In this document: in pieces, positions 8,070 through 19,707 of the stretch
Layout of the letters: each line of letters opens with the position of its first letter
Numbering within the stretch: position 1 is the first letter of the stretch
DNA from: Seison nebaliae
Lineage: Eukaryota
Direction of reading: 5' to 3'
Length of the DNA stretch: 20,000 bases
NCBI GenBank assembly: GCA_023231475.1
Contig: JALJEE010000907.1
Location: forward strand, 53,132-73,131
Position numbers and translations under genes: made by a program
The notes under the pieces: model-generated
Database searches by the model: none
What the model saw: only the letters and a program-made list of their open reading frames with translations
Told to the model about the DNA's origin: nothing

Positions 8070-10836
8070 ATTCTTCTTCTTTGTTTAAGAAGAGGTTGGA
8101 CGAACAATCATAGAATTCATCGATCGATGGACTTCTCGTTCGATCGGGACTCAGTCGTCTCTTCAATTTACCAGAGAGACGTTTCGAAGAACGAGATGGA
8201 ATTGCTGGCGGTTTTGGACCTGTCTGGAATATACTTCCTTCTCGACTACGAAGAGGACGTGGCGGTATTTTTGGTGGATCAGTTGACGAATCGATTCCTT
8301 TAGAAATCGTTTGAGACGATGAGAAAGATGATGAATTCCTTTCATATTTTGGGAAAATTGGAGGAATTCCTGATGATGATGATTGTTGCATTTGATGATT
8401 TCGATCCATTAAATTACCATCGACATTCGATTTTGGAACATCATTTGAATGAGTGGATGTATATGTCGTTTTGGACTTGATGGATTCAGTTCTTAATCGA
8501 TCTTTCTCTTCCGACAATAGACGACCTTCTCGATTTCTTTTATTAATTTTCAAACATTTTTCCGCTTCTTCTTTCGTTAATGGTTGACGAGTATCTTCGA
8601 AGAAAGTATTGATATATTCTTGATTTGATGGAAATTTATCAAATCCATGACGACAACCAAATTGTGTATCAGATACAGGTTCATTCTCTTTATCATAATC
8701 ATCTTTCAATCTGATCCAATATTCCATCGTTTCACGTTTCACCAAAAATTCCGGTAGTTGTTCAATTGGCAAATTGAATTTAATGAAAATTTCCGTAACA
8801 AATTCATTTTGAATTTCAATAAATTTCTGGAAATGATGAGATGTAAATGAATTGATGGAATGAGATAATTCCATATACTCTATAAAATATTTGACTAGAT
8901 AATAAATTAATCGATCATCCTTCGGAATATTCTGTCTCATTTTCATTTCATTCACATTAATATTATTCTCGAGATGAATACGATCGTCGGATGTATAAGA
9001 TTGAGCGAAAACGATAAATTGAGTTTCCGTCGAATCATCATTGTCAAAATTGTTATCTACTTCAATCTCATCCGTTACATCATCCGCATCATATTCCAAT
9101 AAAGAATTAATTGTTTTGTCTTCCATTATTGGTGTATTCGGTTCCAAATCATTCTTTAATGATTTGTGTAAAATGGAAATATTATGAAATTGATCTAATG
9201 TCGATTTATTTTTCAAAAAGATTTCTGAATAATAATTATATAATTGATCAATTTCATGGAAGGTGAAACATCGAAATAAAATTTCATGACGGAAATAATA
9301 TTCGATCGTTATCATTTCCAGATTTTTCCCAAATGACAAATGATTCGATTTCATTTGAAGTTTCTTCAACAACAAATGCATACTGTCGTCTGGAAGATAT
9401 TGATGATATAATGAATTCAAACGACTTGATGGATAATTAAAATGATTTTTATCTTTCAAATCTCTCAATTTCTCATTATCATCATCATCAGAATTAATCG
9501 TCGTTTCATTATCATCTGTATTATTATTCACCATAACATTCGTATAACTGTTCACTTGTTCATTCATTATATTATTATTATTATTATTATTATTATTATC
9601 TTGTGTTATTGTTGTTGTTGTTAAGTCATCAGGATTTCCAATAGTTGTCGATGATGATGATATTCTTCCCATGGAATATTGATCGATTAATTGATTATCA
9701 AATAATTCATACAACCATTTCACGTATTTGCATAACATGTAATTATTGAATTTTAACATATCCTCTTTCGTCAATAACGATGATAAATAATTAATTTTAA
9801 AATTAGAATTCTGAATATTTTGATCCGAATTGTCCACATCCGTCTCCTCATCACTAATCAGATTGGAGAGAAGTGGTTGTTCTGATATTTCATATCGATT
9901 GAAAATCAATTGATTTCCCATCGACGCATCATCAACATAATTCAAGTTATCCACATTAATATCATCATCGTCATCCGTGAGAATGTGTCGTCCATCCGTT
10001 CTTCGACCTTGCTTCCGACGATTCAACACTTTTCCAAATAAACTTCTCGATCTCAAATATTTCTTCTTTTCTATACCTCGAAATTGGACATTCTGTTCAG
10101 ATGATCTTCGATTTTCTTCTTGAACATCTTCCACATTCGACACTTTATTCGAATCTTGAAAATCGATTAAATTATTATTAAACTCACCTATTAAACAAGA
10201 AAAAATCGCCAACGTTCCCCACCAAACAAACTTTCCATCTCGTCATTCTTATCCGAAAAAAATGTCTTGTATAATAATTTCTCTGAAAAAGTATTAAAAT
10301 TAAGGAAAATTAAAAGTGAAATTCAGAGGAATTTTCAAACCGATAAGAATGGCACATTCTAAACAATGATACCGATAATATAAATCAGCAGATAATTCTA
10401 AATAATAAAATAATTTTTTGAAAATGGAGAATAGAAAAAAACGAAAACTTTTCGCTTGTTCTCCTTCGTCATAAATATAATTCGTTGGATGGAAATCCAA
10501 AAGATTTGACGAAATATTTTTATTTAATAATTTAATCAATATCTTTAGGAATTAATATATATAAGAGTAATGAAAAGGAAAATTGGTAGAGAACTTTATT
10601 CGTATTTTTCTGTGACCATAAATATGGAATTTTCAAATTCCTTTCCTTGACTCGTCTGATTTGTCGATGTGATAAGATGAATATGGCAATAATCAACTAA
10701 TGATTGATGGAAAAGGAGAATGAATGACATTGAGAAAGAGAACATAAATCCTTCCAACTAATAAAACCACAAACGATAAAGAAACGGCATTGATTATTGG
10801 TAAAATTTCGGTTGGTTGAATGTTGATGGAAGTCAT
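8068..10836 (-). CDS. NICE-3/C1orf43-like single-pass membrane protein, expanded to ~830-840 aa. Exons 10836-10744, 10696-10595, 10542-10449, 10397-10341, 10282-10232 (or -10214), 10187 (or 10154)-8068
   Basis: The spliced N-terminus MTSINIQPTEILPIINAVSLSFVVLLVGRIYLIIAIFILSHRQIRRVKERNLKIPYLWSQKNTNKILIKLLNKNISSNLLDFHPTNY...LYYRYHCLECAILIEK follows the NICE-3 pattern (TM, then KRQIMRF..P..., YEP, YLYRMKALD). Introns of 47, 52, 51 and 58 nt are phase-consistent. Intron 5 boundaries are ambiguous (44, 59 or 77 nt). The gene is solid; the family call is moderate. Confidence 0.65.
9571..9599 (-). repeat. Coding (AAT)n tract encoding poly-Asn
   Basis: attattatt... on the + strand; DNNNNNNNNNI in the protein. 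Confidence 0.9.
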
Positions 10837-11016
10837 GAGAATTGCAGGAAATTTTATTTAGAATTTAAATTCAAATTATTTACATCATTAAACGAATCTG
10901 TGGAGAAAGAGGAATATTAATGAAATGAGAAACGGATTTCTTTCTTACCATAAAAATAATTTGGAAAAATAATTTAATTTTCAATTGTTTTTTTTTTAAT
11001 TTTCCACATTTTAATT
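10837..11016. promoter_or_regulatory. Putative bidirectional promoter (180 bp between divergent start codons)
   Basis: ATG 10836 (-) and ATG 11017 (+) are head-to-head. Inferred from geometry only; no specific motif identified. Confidence 0.45.
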
Positions 11017-12073
11017 ATGTCAACAACAATTCCGACCATCTCAAAACGGTTAAAACCGAAAATGAGAAAACGGTCAATAATGAGAAAACCATCAATAATA
11101 GGAAAACCATCGGTAATCAGAAAACCGTCAAAAATCAGGAATCCGTCGTCAACGGTATTATATTCTAACATGGGGATGGGAGATAAAAAGAAGAAATCGA
11201 TGTCCTTGTCCAAAGCATTAATGTCGACAGTTCCCACATTGCCAAAATCATTAGCTTGTGAAGGAACAACATTGTGTAATCAGATATGTTACGAAGATTC
11301 GCAGAAGAAAACGAAGACGATTTGTAAGGACAGAGAAAAAATGTTCAAAGGAAAAAGAATGTCATTGTGCAACAAGATGAAAAATGAGAAAATGAAATGC
11401 GATTGTCTAAGCAAATGTGATAAATATCCGAAAATGACAGTACTGGCAGCTCAATATACGGAAATGATGAAGAATTTAATAAAAATTTTCACTGAACACG
11501 AAGAGAAATTATTGGAGAGATTTCTACTGAAAAGACGTACAATTCTCAATTATTATACGTTCGCTGTCCATTCGCTCATCCATCAATATTTCAAACGATT
11601 TAATTATCCGTCAAAAGAGAAAATTCAATTGTTCGATAAAATATTACAAAGTTTATTTTCCGTTTTTCTCCTTCTAATTATCATTCGACCAATCAGGAGC
11701 TCTCAATGAATTCGAAGGTATGCTATTCTTACCTCCACTTCGAAGTGGTGATAATTTATATTCAGTGAAACGTTCGCGAACAGCACATACCAATACCAGT
11801 GCATCAAAATTATCTACATTACCGAGAGTTTCCGCTGTCGATACGAGTTTGTCGAATAACGATAAGAATAACGATAAGAATAAGAAGAAACGTGGGGGAA
11901 AGGACGGAGGAAGAAAGCGGAGAAGAAGAAGGAAAGGTAAGAAGTCTGATAGGACGGGAAGGAAAAGAAAAAAAATTAAAATTAACTATAAAAAATATAA
12001 ACGGGCGAAGAAAATAACAGGAAATTTATCAAATCTCAAGCTAAATATTTGGGAGAAACATTATTATAAATGA
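11017..12073 (+). CDS. Highly basic orphan protein (336 aa) with RKPS repeats, a Cys/Lys-rich middle and an Arg/Lys-rich C-terminus. Exons 11017-11650, 11697-12073
   Basis: A 46-nt intron 11651-11696 (GTTTAT..ATCAG) joins ORFs 11017 and 11720 in frame (KILQ|RALNEFEGMLF). The tail reads KKKRGGKDGGRKRRRRRKGKKSDRTGRKRKKIK. Confidence 0.8.
11062..11151 (+). repeat. Coding 18-bp tandem repeat x5 (MRKRSI/MRKPSI/IGKPSV/IRKPSK/IRNPSS)
   Basis: Units start at 11062, 11080, 11098, 11116 and 11134. Confidence 0.85.
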
Positions 12074-12258
12074 GTTTGAGAGTGAAAGTGAATTGTTTTA
12101 ATATTTTTCTTGATCTTTAATCCTCTTTTTTTCCAACCAAGAATAAATGAGGTGAACCGTGTTCGATGTCCTGTCTTCTTGAAAGAAGATGATGAATAAA
12201 ATTTGAGTGGAAAGTGAAAAGACAAAAAATTTTTCCGGAATTGATAATGTGAATAAGA

Positions 12259-15200
12259 ATGAATTTATTTGATGCGTTTCTGGTGTTTACGTTAGGAGAA
12301 GATGAAGAACTTAATCATACATCAGTATCGTCAATCCTTATCGATAATAATGATAATATTTCTGTGATTTTGAAGGAATGCTCCAAATTGATATTTTCAC
12401 GACCCATCGTCAATTGGGAGAGGAATGTGGAAGAGAAAGAATTCATTCAATCAATAACCAAATTGATAAATAAAGGAAATATTGAAATATTATTTATTTC
12501 TAATCGTCATCTTGATGATTATTATGATGAAAAATTGAAATCATCTGATTGGAATGAAAATAAAGAATTTATGGAAATTATGAATGACGAAACGGTGAAT
12601 AAATCGATGAAATCAATCGATTCATCATTAAATAGTTTCCACTCATTTATTCGGATAACGAATGATAGTGGAAAAACGTTTGGATATTCGAGGAAATCTT
12701 ATATCGAATTGACAGACGATGATATGAGAGAGAAATTGGAGAATTCAATTTTAAATTCGAAACATCTCAATAAAGAGAATTTGAAGAATAAGAAATGTTT
12801 CGTTTCCATTCAATATGTTCTCATTTCATTCCTTCCTATTCAATTGAATGGAATTGCTGAGATTTTATTGAGAAATGTTGATAATATCGATTTGTTACAA
12901 TCGATATTAAATCAATCGATATCGATTGATCGGGAAGAGATCATTCAATCAAATTTCCTCCAAATTCCTTTCAATGTGTCGAGTTTGGATGAGAATGTCC
13001 CATTGATCTTACCCATGAAAATGATGATGACGTTTAATGAGAATTATTATCGATTATTTATCGATTTCCCCAATTTATCATCGATTGATTTTTCACTTAT
13101 TCTTCAATTCTTCAAAATTAATGATATTATTCGAATTGTTGTTTGTCTCTTATTGGAATATGATATCATTCTACAATCGAATCATATTCATCTTTTATAT
13201 GATATATCGTCGACATTTATTCAATTACTCCTACCGTTCCAATGGTCGTTTTCATATATTCCAATATTTCCTGGAACATTCGAACAATTGAGTACTTATA
13301 TGACGGCGCCTACTCCATTCATTTTAGGTACGACATCACCCGAATTATGTTGTCGATTGATCTCAAATCGAAGTGTGAAAAGTAATGACGATGAATTCTC
13401 ATTAAATGATGAACGAAGTAAACGATGTATCGTTTTTATTGACGACGGAATTATTCAAGTGATCGGCAAACAATTACCATCATTTCCCAATCACACATCA
13501 CTCCAATTGGAATTACATCTACTTTTACATCGATTCAATTCCATTTCACCTGAATTATTTAATTTGAAAAAATTTCGTGATTATCAATCAACAAACAACA
13601 ATAATAATAATAACAACAACAAGCATAAGAGGATAAATTTAAATAAAGAAAATTATTTAATAAATTTGAAATTTAATTTATGTTTTCGAGAGATTTTCTT
13701 CCATCGTCATGTTCTCTTATTTCATAATTATCAGGAGATTCTCTCCGTCAATTCTTCGATGTCATCGAATAATCATTCGATACGACCATTCCATCCGGAT
13801 GAATTTATGTCGAATCAACCGACGAAATTCCGTTCGTTTCTCAAAGAGTTTTTGAAGACACAATGTTTCATCAATTTTATTGATGCTCATCTCTTCTTAT
13901 TATCGACGACGATAAATGAAATTAAAATTAATAATTTAACATCGATGCAACGATATTTATATTCATTCTCACCATTATTCGTTTTATTTCATCGACGAAT
14001 TCATTTATGGAAAATATGTCGGAAGAATATGTCGATGAATAATCATACCGTTCAATCGTCCATATCATCAGCTACATCATCAATTTCGAATTCATCAATT
14101 CTAATTGAATCCATCCACAATGGATCGACGAATGATAATTTGATGGAATTATATCATAAATATAATGAAACAAAAATAGTGAATGAAGAGATATTGAAGG
14201 ATTTCCTTCCAATTCAATATGTTCAAGAAATCATGAATAATATCAAATCGTTGAATGAAATTCCAATAAAACATCAATTAGATTTGACGAAATTACCTCG
14301 GTATGATTTTCAAAATAATAAACCAAATCATCGAATTCGACAACCATCAATTGATGATTTGGAAGATTGGACGTCATCAGATCATTTCCAATTTAACGAA
14401 CATTTCCATTCACTTCTCAAACGATGGAATCATATTAATACCATCGATCCATGGAATCAATCTATTCTCAAACGATCTGATGATTATGGACAATTCATTG
14501 ATGGTTTCCTTCCAGAAACTTATTCCATTTATATCCATTTATATCAATCGTCCTTAATAAGTAATCGTCCGTCATTCCGTTCATATCAGATCAAACGGAA
14601 AGATCTCTCCAAAAATAACGATAAACAAACGAATAAATTGACAATGAATCGTAAACGGAATGAACGTTCCTCATCATCACAACAATCGGGACAAAATTAT
14701 TCGGAGAAATTACCGATAAATTCACAGCAGAAAAATCCATCAAATTTATCGTCAATTCAAAAAACCGACGAAGAGAAGAAAGAGGAAATTGCTTCATTAT
14801 CATTAATTCGACAATTGAAAGAAATTACTGTGAAATTAATTATTGCGAAATGTTCTGATGTAAAACATGAATTCCAAAAGAGAAGTGGCAAAGAAGAAAA
14901 TGAATTAATCGTTTCGTTATGTGATATTATTGATCAGATTTGGAGGAATGAAATAAATCGAACAAGAGAAGAAGAAGTTTATTTTTCTAATTTATAATAA
15001 TTCATTTCTAATCTCATATACGAATTGTCCCGTTTGTAGAATGGGAATTGTCCCCTTTGGGAACATATTAATGATTATCATATATTGGAATTACATTCTC
15101 GAACTCATTTTCAATATATCGATCAATCAAGAACAAATAAAGGTTTCTCTCAACTCCTCATTTATATTTCTCTTAAATTCATTCAATTATCCTTATTCTA

Positions 15201-17585
15201 TTCCCTCAATTATCATTTGATTCAAATTTCAATTTCTATTCTATTTCAGCGTTAATGTGGGCACTGAATCATAAGAAGATGAGATGGAAAAAATTGGTGG
15301 AGAGTCGCCAATCCAAATTAAATCAATCAGATAGTATGATCGATGGGAATCACATCGAACATAATTCGATTGATTTGAAAATTGTTTAATTTTAAAATAA
15401 TTCCATTATATTCCATTATATATCCATTATATTCCATTACTAACTTCTTCCCTCCTCTCCCAATTAGAATAAGTCGAATGCATTAATAGAGTTTGATAGA
15501 TTTGCATGTTACTCTCATTCTCCTCAAAAATTAATTTATTCAAATTATTCTTTTCCTCCTTTCTCACCAGACAAAGACAACCAATCGAAATTATTAAAAG
15601 AATTTCATAAAATTCGTCGATTATTTTTGAATCAAAAGAAGAAAGTGGAAGATGAGACGAGAAAAGGTGAAAATGAATTTAAATCGAATTCATTATTAAC
15701 TTTTGAGAAACGTCATAATAATACGAAACGATCAACTAATCGATATGTTTCTTTAACGCCGACACATCGACGCGATTCTTCTTTCATATCGATATTTCGT
15801 GAATTTGGCAAAAATATTTTATCGACCGCCTCACAACATATTTCAACGATCGATATTGTTTCTGATACTCAAGAGGAATTGGAAGCAAAACAAAACGGAA
15901 GACAACCACGAACATTACATCGATCAGCACAACATTTATATGAGAAGAAGAAGAATGATGACGAGAAGGAAATAAATTCTATTTATAATACCATCAATAA
16001 CGGTTGCACTTTAACACCAAAAGGAATGGAACGAGCATTTATTCGATATTGTATCGAAAAGAAATGTTTGAAGGAAATCTTATGTGATTTACTTAAAGAT
16101 AAAATTCTCTTGCGATCCTTTTTCCAACAGAATGCCATTCTGAGAAATTTGGAATGTGTCCAACAAATTCTCGAACATCTCGGAACATTATCCGTCATCC
16201 AAACTTATTGTTTCACCAATAATTATTCGGATATTTTTATCGATTATAATTTGCGATTAGAATTCCGTGAACAATTTCTAAGAATAAATTTATTTTCATT
16301 CAAAATCAATTTCATCATTTCAGGGACATTTCATTCACATCAAATTTCTGTAACGATGAATGATAATGATCGCAAATCATTCTCACACACGAATCTAGGA
16401 CAATTATCCAATATCGTGGTGAGTTGTCAGAATGATTCGACATCGAAGAATTTACTGAGTAAACTACTTCGAGTTCATGTGGAAAATGAAACGATGAATT
16501 CCTTCTACATATTCGAACGTGTAAATAAATTACAGAACGATGAAATGAAGGAAATGGATGAAATTATATTTATACCGGTAGATGACAATCAATTACGGAC
16601 ATCTGGCACTTCATCTCAATCCACGTCATCATCTTCACAACAATCAACAAAATCATCAACAATTCCATCAGTACGACATCGGAAACGATCGAATGTTTTG
16701 AATATCGATACGAAAGAATTGTCGAAATCAAATGGAAATTCAGAAAATAAATATAGTTCGTTAAAAGATGTCCAATTAAATCGTGAATCAACTTCACATC
16801 CATTAATCAAACGATTATACAATTCTATTGAACAACTTCACCAATTCTCTTTGAAGAATGAGAACATTTATTCAGAAGATGTCGTACAATTCTTCATTCT
16901 CCATAATAATGATTCTATGGGAAGAATTCTTTTGAAATTCTTAACCGATGTCGTTATTTCCGTTGTGTTGAATGACATTCATTCACATATTGATGAAAAT
17001 TTAACAGAAGAAAATGAACCAAGTCTCGTATGGAAATCGATCTGTTTTCTTTCCTTTTTCATCATCGTCATAAAATCTTTTACAGGTTTCTTATCTACCA
17101 ATGAATTAAATCATCAAAACAATATAAATGTTCGAAAATTATCCTTCTCTAATCGAAACTCAACTCAAACGATCGACGATTTGAAAAAAGATATTTTTCA
17201 TTTCCATCAATCTATTCATTCGGTCAATGAGATGGTGGAGAAGCGAAGTGATATAATTTTTGATAATTGTCAATTAGAGCCATTCATCTTATGGATTCTA
17301 TTCGCTTTCCAGTTCAATTTTTTTTCCATTAAATTTCATAAAAATTCACATATTTTTAGGAATGGCAAATTAGGTTGTTGGTGGAGTATTTTGTGTAATT
17401 GCTTCTTCAATCTCTATAAGAATCAAATTCGTTCAACACGATATCGATCTAATCGAATCTTATTTAATGACATTCATTCAGCTCTCCAAAAATTGGATGA
17501 TTATTTAATTTATAAGAAAATTTATTTGCGACATACACAGCAATTAACTTATCTATTCTCTCAGAAAGTAAATTGTGGAAAATGA
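12259..17585 (+). CDS. DENND5: DENN domain-containing protein 5 / Rab6-interacting protein 1-like (uDENN-DENN-dDENN-RUN-PLAT-RUN), ~1640-1690 aa. Exons 12259-14976, 15040-15142, 15250-15383, 15468-17585, with probable extra in-frame introns at 15508-15570, 17044-17085 and 17312-17359
   Basis: uDENN FHSFIRITNDSGKTFG; DENN LLLEYDIILQS..LLLPFQWSFSYIPIFP..APTPFILG; dDENN FREIF..FMSNQP..FLKEFLKTQCFINFID; RUN LIVSLCDIIDQIW..PLWEH..RAFIRYCIEKK; CFTN linker; PLAT NLGQLSNIVV..VHVENE. This domain order is characteristic of DENND5. Confidence 0.9.
15384..15467 (+). other. Intron with TACTAAC branch-point motif (15438-15444), pyrimidine tract and four ~10-bp TCCATTATA repeats
   Basis: GTTTAA...TACTAAC TTCTTCCCTCCTCTCCCAATTAG; removing it joins the flanking exons in phase 0. 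Confidence 0.75.
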
Positions 17586-17984
17586 TAATTTTCTTTTTTG
17601 TATATTCCATTCCGTCATTTGCAACTTTTATTTATTGATCTTTTGAAATTGAATGATGACTATGAAAAACTGTTTCAAATAAATCATAATTCAATTCTTT
17701 CAGTTCTGTAGATTTTAATTTTCGTCACCAACTTTAAAAACTGAATATCTTTTGATTGTTATTTTTGGAATTAGAACAATAGGAAGATTGGAAATTGGGC
17801 AGAAATTAATTGGAGAAAGTTCCGTTTCGTTCTCTCTGGCACGATCATTAACATGTTGTTGTTATTGTTATTATTCACATATTCAACGGTGGATATTTGT
17901 GCTGTTCACACGAACAAAAAATGCGAACGAAATAAGAACGTTAATTCGGGTAAAACTGATTTTCAAAAAGCAGACATCACAATT

Positions 17985-18320
17985 CTATTCCTGAACGATC
18001 CATTTTTGTTGGTTTCGACTTATTCTCACTACAGTCCCGCAAGGTTTTCCTAATCTTGTCCGATAGGTGGGGAGATTGGTTGTTGGAACTTTGAAAGAAA
18101 GACCTTCCACGCGTTTACAGTGGTAACAATTATGCTTCACCTGTCTGATTAGTTTTCTAATTTTGGTAGCTGTGAATCCTGTGTTGAACCTCGCTAACAT
18201 GTGAGTGATCGATCCGTGGTTCATATCGATGTGTAAATCATTCAATAAAATTTTCGTGACTCTTACTAAGAGCAGACAGGGATGTAGTTTATGCAAGGGA
18301 ACTACACTTACGTACCGGCT
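17985..18320 (-). mobile_element. BEL/Pao LTR-retrotransposon relic: integrase HHCC zinc-binding region
   Basis: LHPCLL..TKILLNDLHIDMNHGS..IRKLIRQVKHNCYHCKR..P..NLPTYRT..KP matches the BEL/Pao pattern HPIIL..H..H.G..C..C.R..LP..R..PF. The catalytic core, RT and LTRs are not seen. Confidence 0.8.
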
Positions 18321-18613
18321 CAGATCATCCTGAAAACTTACTAAAATAAACTACATTATTTATCATGAATTGAGCTAAAATAACTTTTTCAGATGATGCA
18401 TATTTTGTGCACAATTTAATTATAAAGTTTTTGAAATTAAGCTAAAATATCAATTCTAATCTCTCCTAAAATGAATATTTTGTTAGAATGAAGTAGAATA
18501 TAATTTCCACCAGATTTTCTCCCTTCCGCGTGGATGGAGTCATCATCTTGTATCGCTTCCCTTTATGATAGATCATATGGCAGGGGTGGGCAAGAGGCAT
18601 ACAAAAAGCGGTT

Positions 18614-19707
18614 CTAGGAACGTATTTCCGATAAAACGGAACGTATTTCCCAATTTTTTTTCTCTGCTAATGTTTCATACGCGTCAGTGCAACTTATTAA
18701 TTGCTGACGATTTTCCCCAATTTTCTGTTTGATATAATTTTTCAGTTGACTCCAAAATAATTCTATTGGATTTAACAGAAAAGAATATCTCAATTTCTTC
18801 TTCAATTTTTGAATGGACCGGTGCGTTATCTATTACAAAAACAGGATTATGGATTTGTCCATTTCTTCCTATTTCCTCTTTTAATCCTTTCATCCAGGAA
18901 AGGAAATTTTCTTTCAGAAATCTTCCTCTATGTCTCGTTAACTTGAGCAGTTTCCACTACACATTGCTCCGATTATTTGAAGGTTCTGTCCCGGAGAGTT
19001 AGGTTGAATTATATGTGCCCGTTGTCCTATACGCGATCGACCCATGGTGTATTCAAAATATTTGAAAGATATTAAATATTTCGTGTAAAACCAATTCTAA
19101 CCTACTGTTCTCTACAATATAAGTTAAAATTAGTTTCATCGATCCATATAACAGAGCGACCATCAGCTTCTGCGTCCATTAACTTCTCCACATATATTCT
19201 TCTTAAAACTTTATTCTGGGGTAAATTGATGGATCCAGGAAGTGATCGAATCTGTAAAGGAAATTTTCATATTGATATTGTATTATATCGTATAAACTTT
19301 TTCAACGAAAAGAGTTGGCCGTCCATCCAGTTCTTTAATGTTTGAAGTGAAATAGAAACATGAAAATTTCTCTCAATCGAATATAGGATTTCGTTCCCCG
19401 TTAGAGTCGAATTTTCTTCCACTAAATCTTCAATATGCTTCATAATTTCAGGGGTTTGCTTTCCATGACGTCGACCTCCCCAAGCAGCAGTTTCTTACCC
19501 TTCATTCAGTATCCAACTACGGGCTGTTGTAATTGGTACTTGGTGAATTCTGCAAAGTCCTTGCGAATCGATCGCTTCGCTGTAATGCGCTGAAATAATA
19601 GCTTCTTTGACATCTGAAATATGACTCCTATAAGGTCCCCTTGAAGATGTTTCTACGTCAATAGAGAGATCCTCCATCAGTACATAAAGATCTTCAGTAT
19701 GCGACAT
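18614..19707 (-). pseudogene. Decayed IS630-Tc1/mariner superfamily transposase (HTH region + DDE_3-type core)
   Basis: Reconstructed across frames: WGGRRHGK..DGQLFSLKK..WIDETNFNLYCR (D 19140)..GRSRIGQRA..GQNLQIIGAM..FVIDNAPVH (D 18830)..YSFLLNPIELFWSQLK (E 18763). Disrupted by a TAA at 19495-19497, frameshifts and an apparent deletion before YS..NPIE. Confidence 0.9.

Noticed and set aside
7916..8303. Poly-Ile 'membrane' ORFs (also 9442-9624)
   Set aside because: They are translations of (ATT)n microsatellites or antisense shadows of the real gene.
18300..18613. Terminal inverted repeat and TA target duplication for the Tc1-like element
   Set aside because: No matching inverted copy was found within the window, so the element ends cannot be defined.
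18617..18650. 13-bp direct repeat GGAACGTATTTCC (18617 and 18638)
   Set aside because: Most simply a small slippage duplication in a dead element, with no sign of function.
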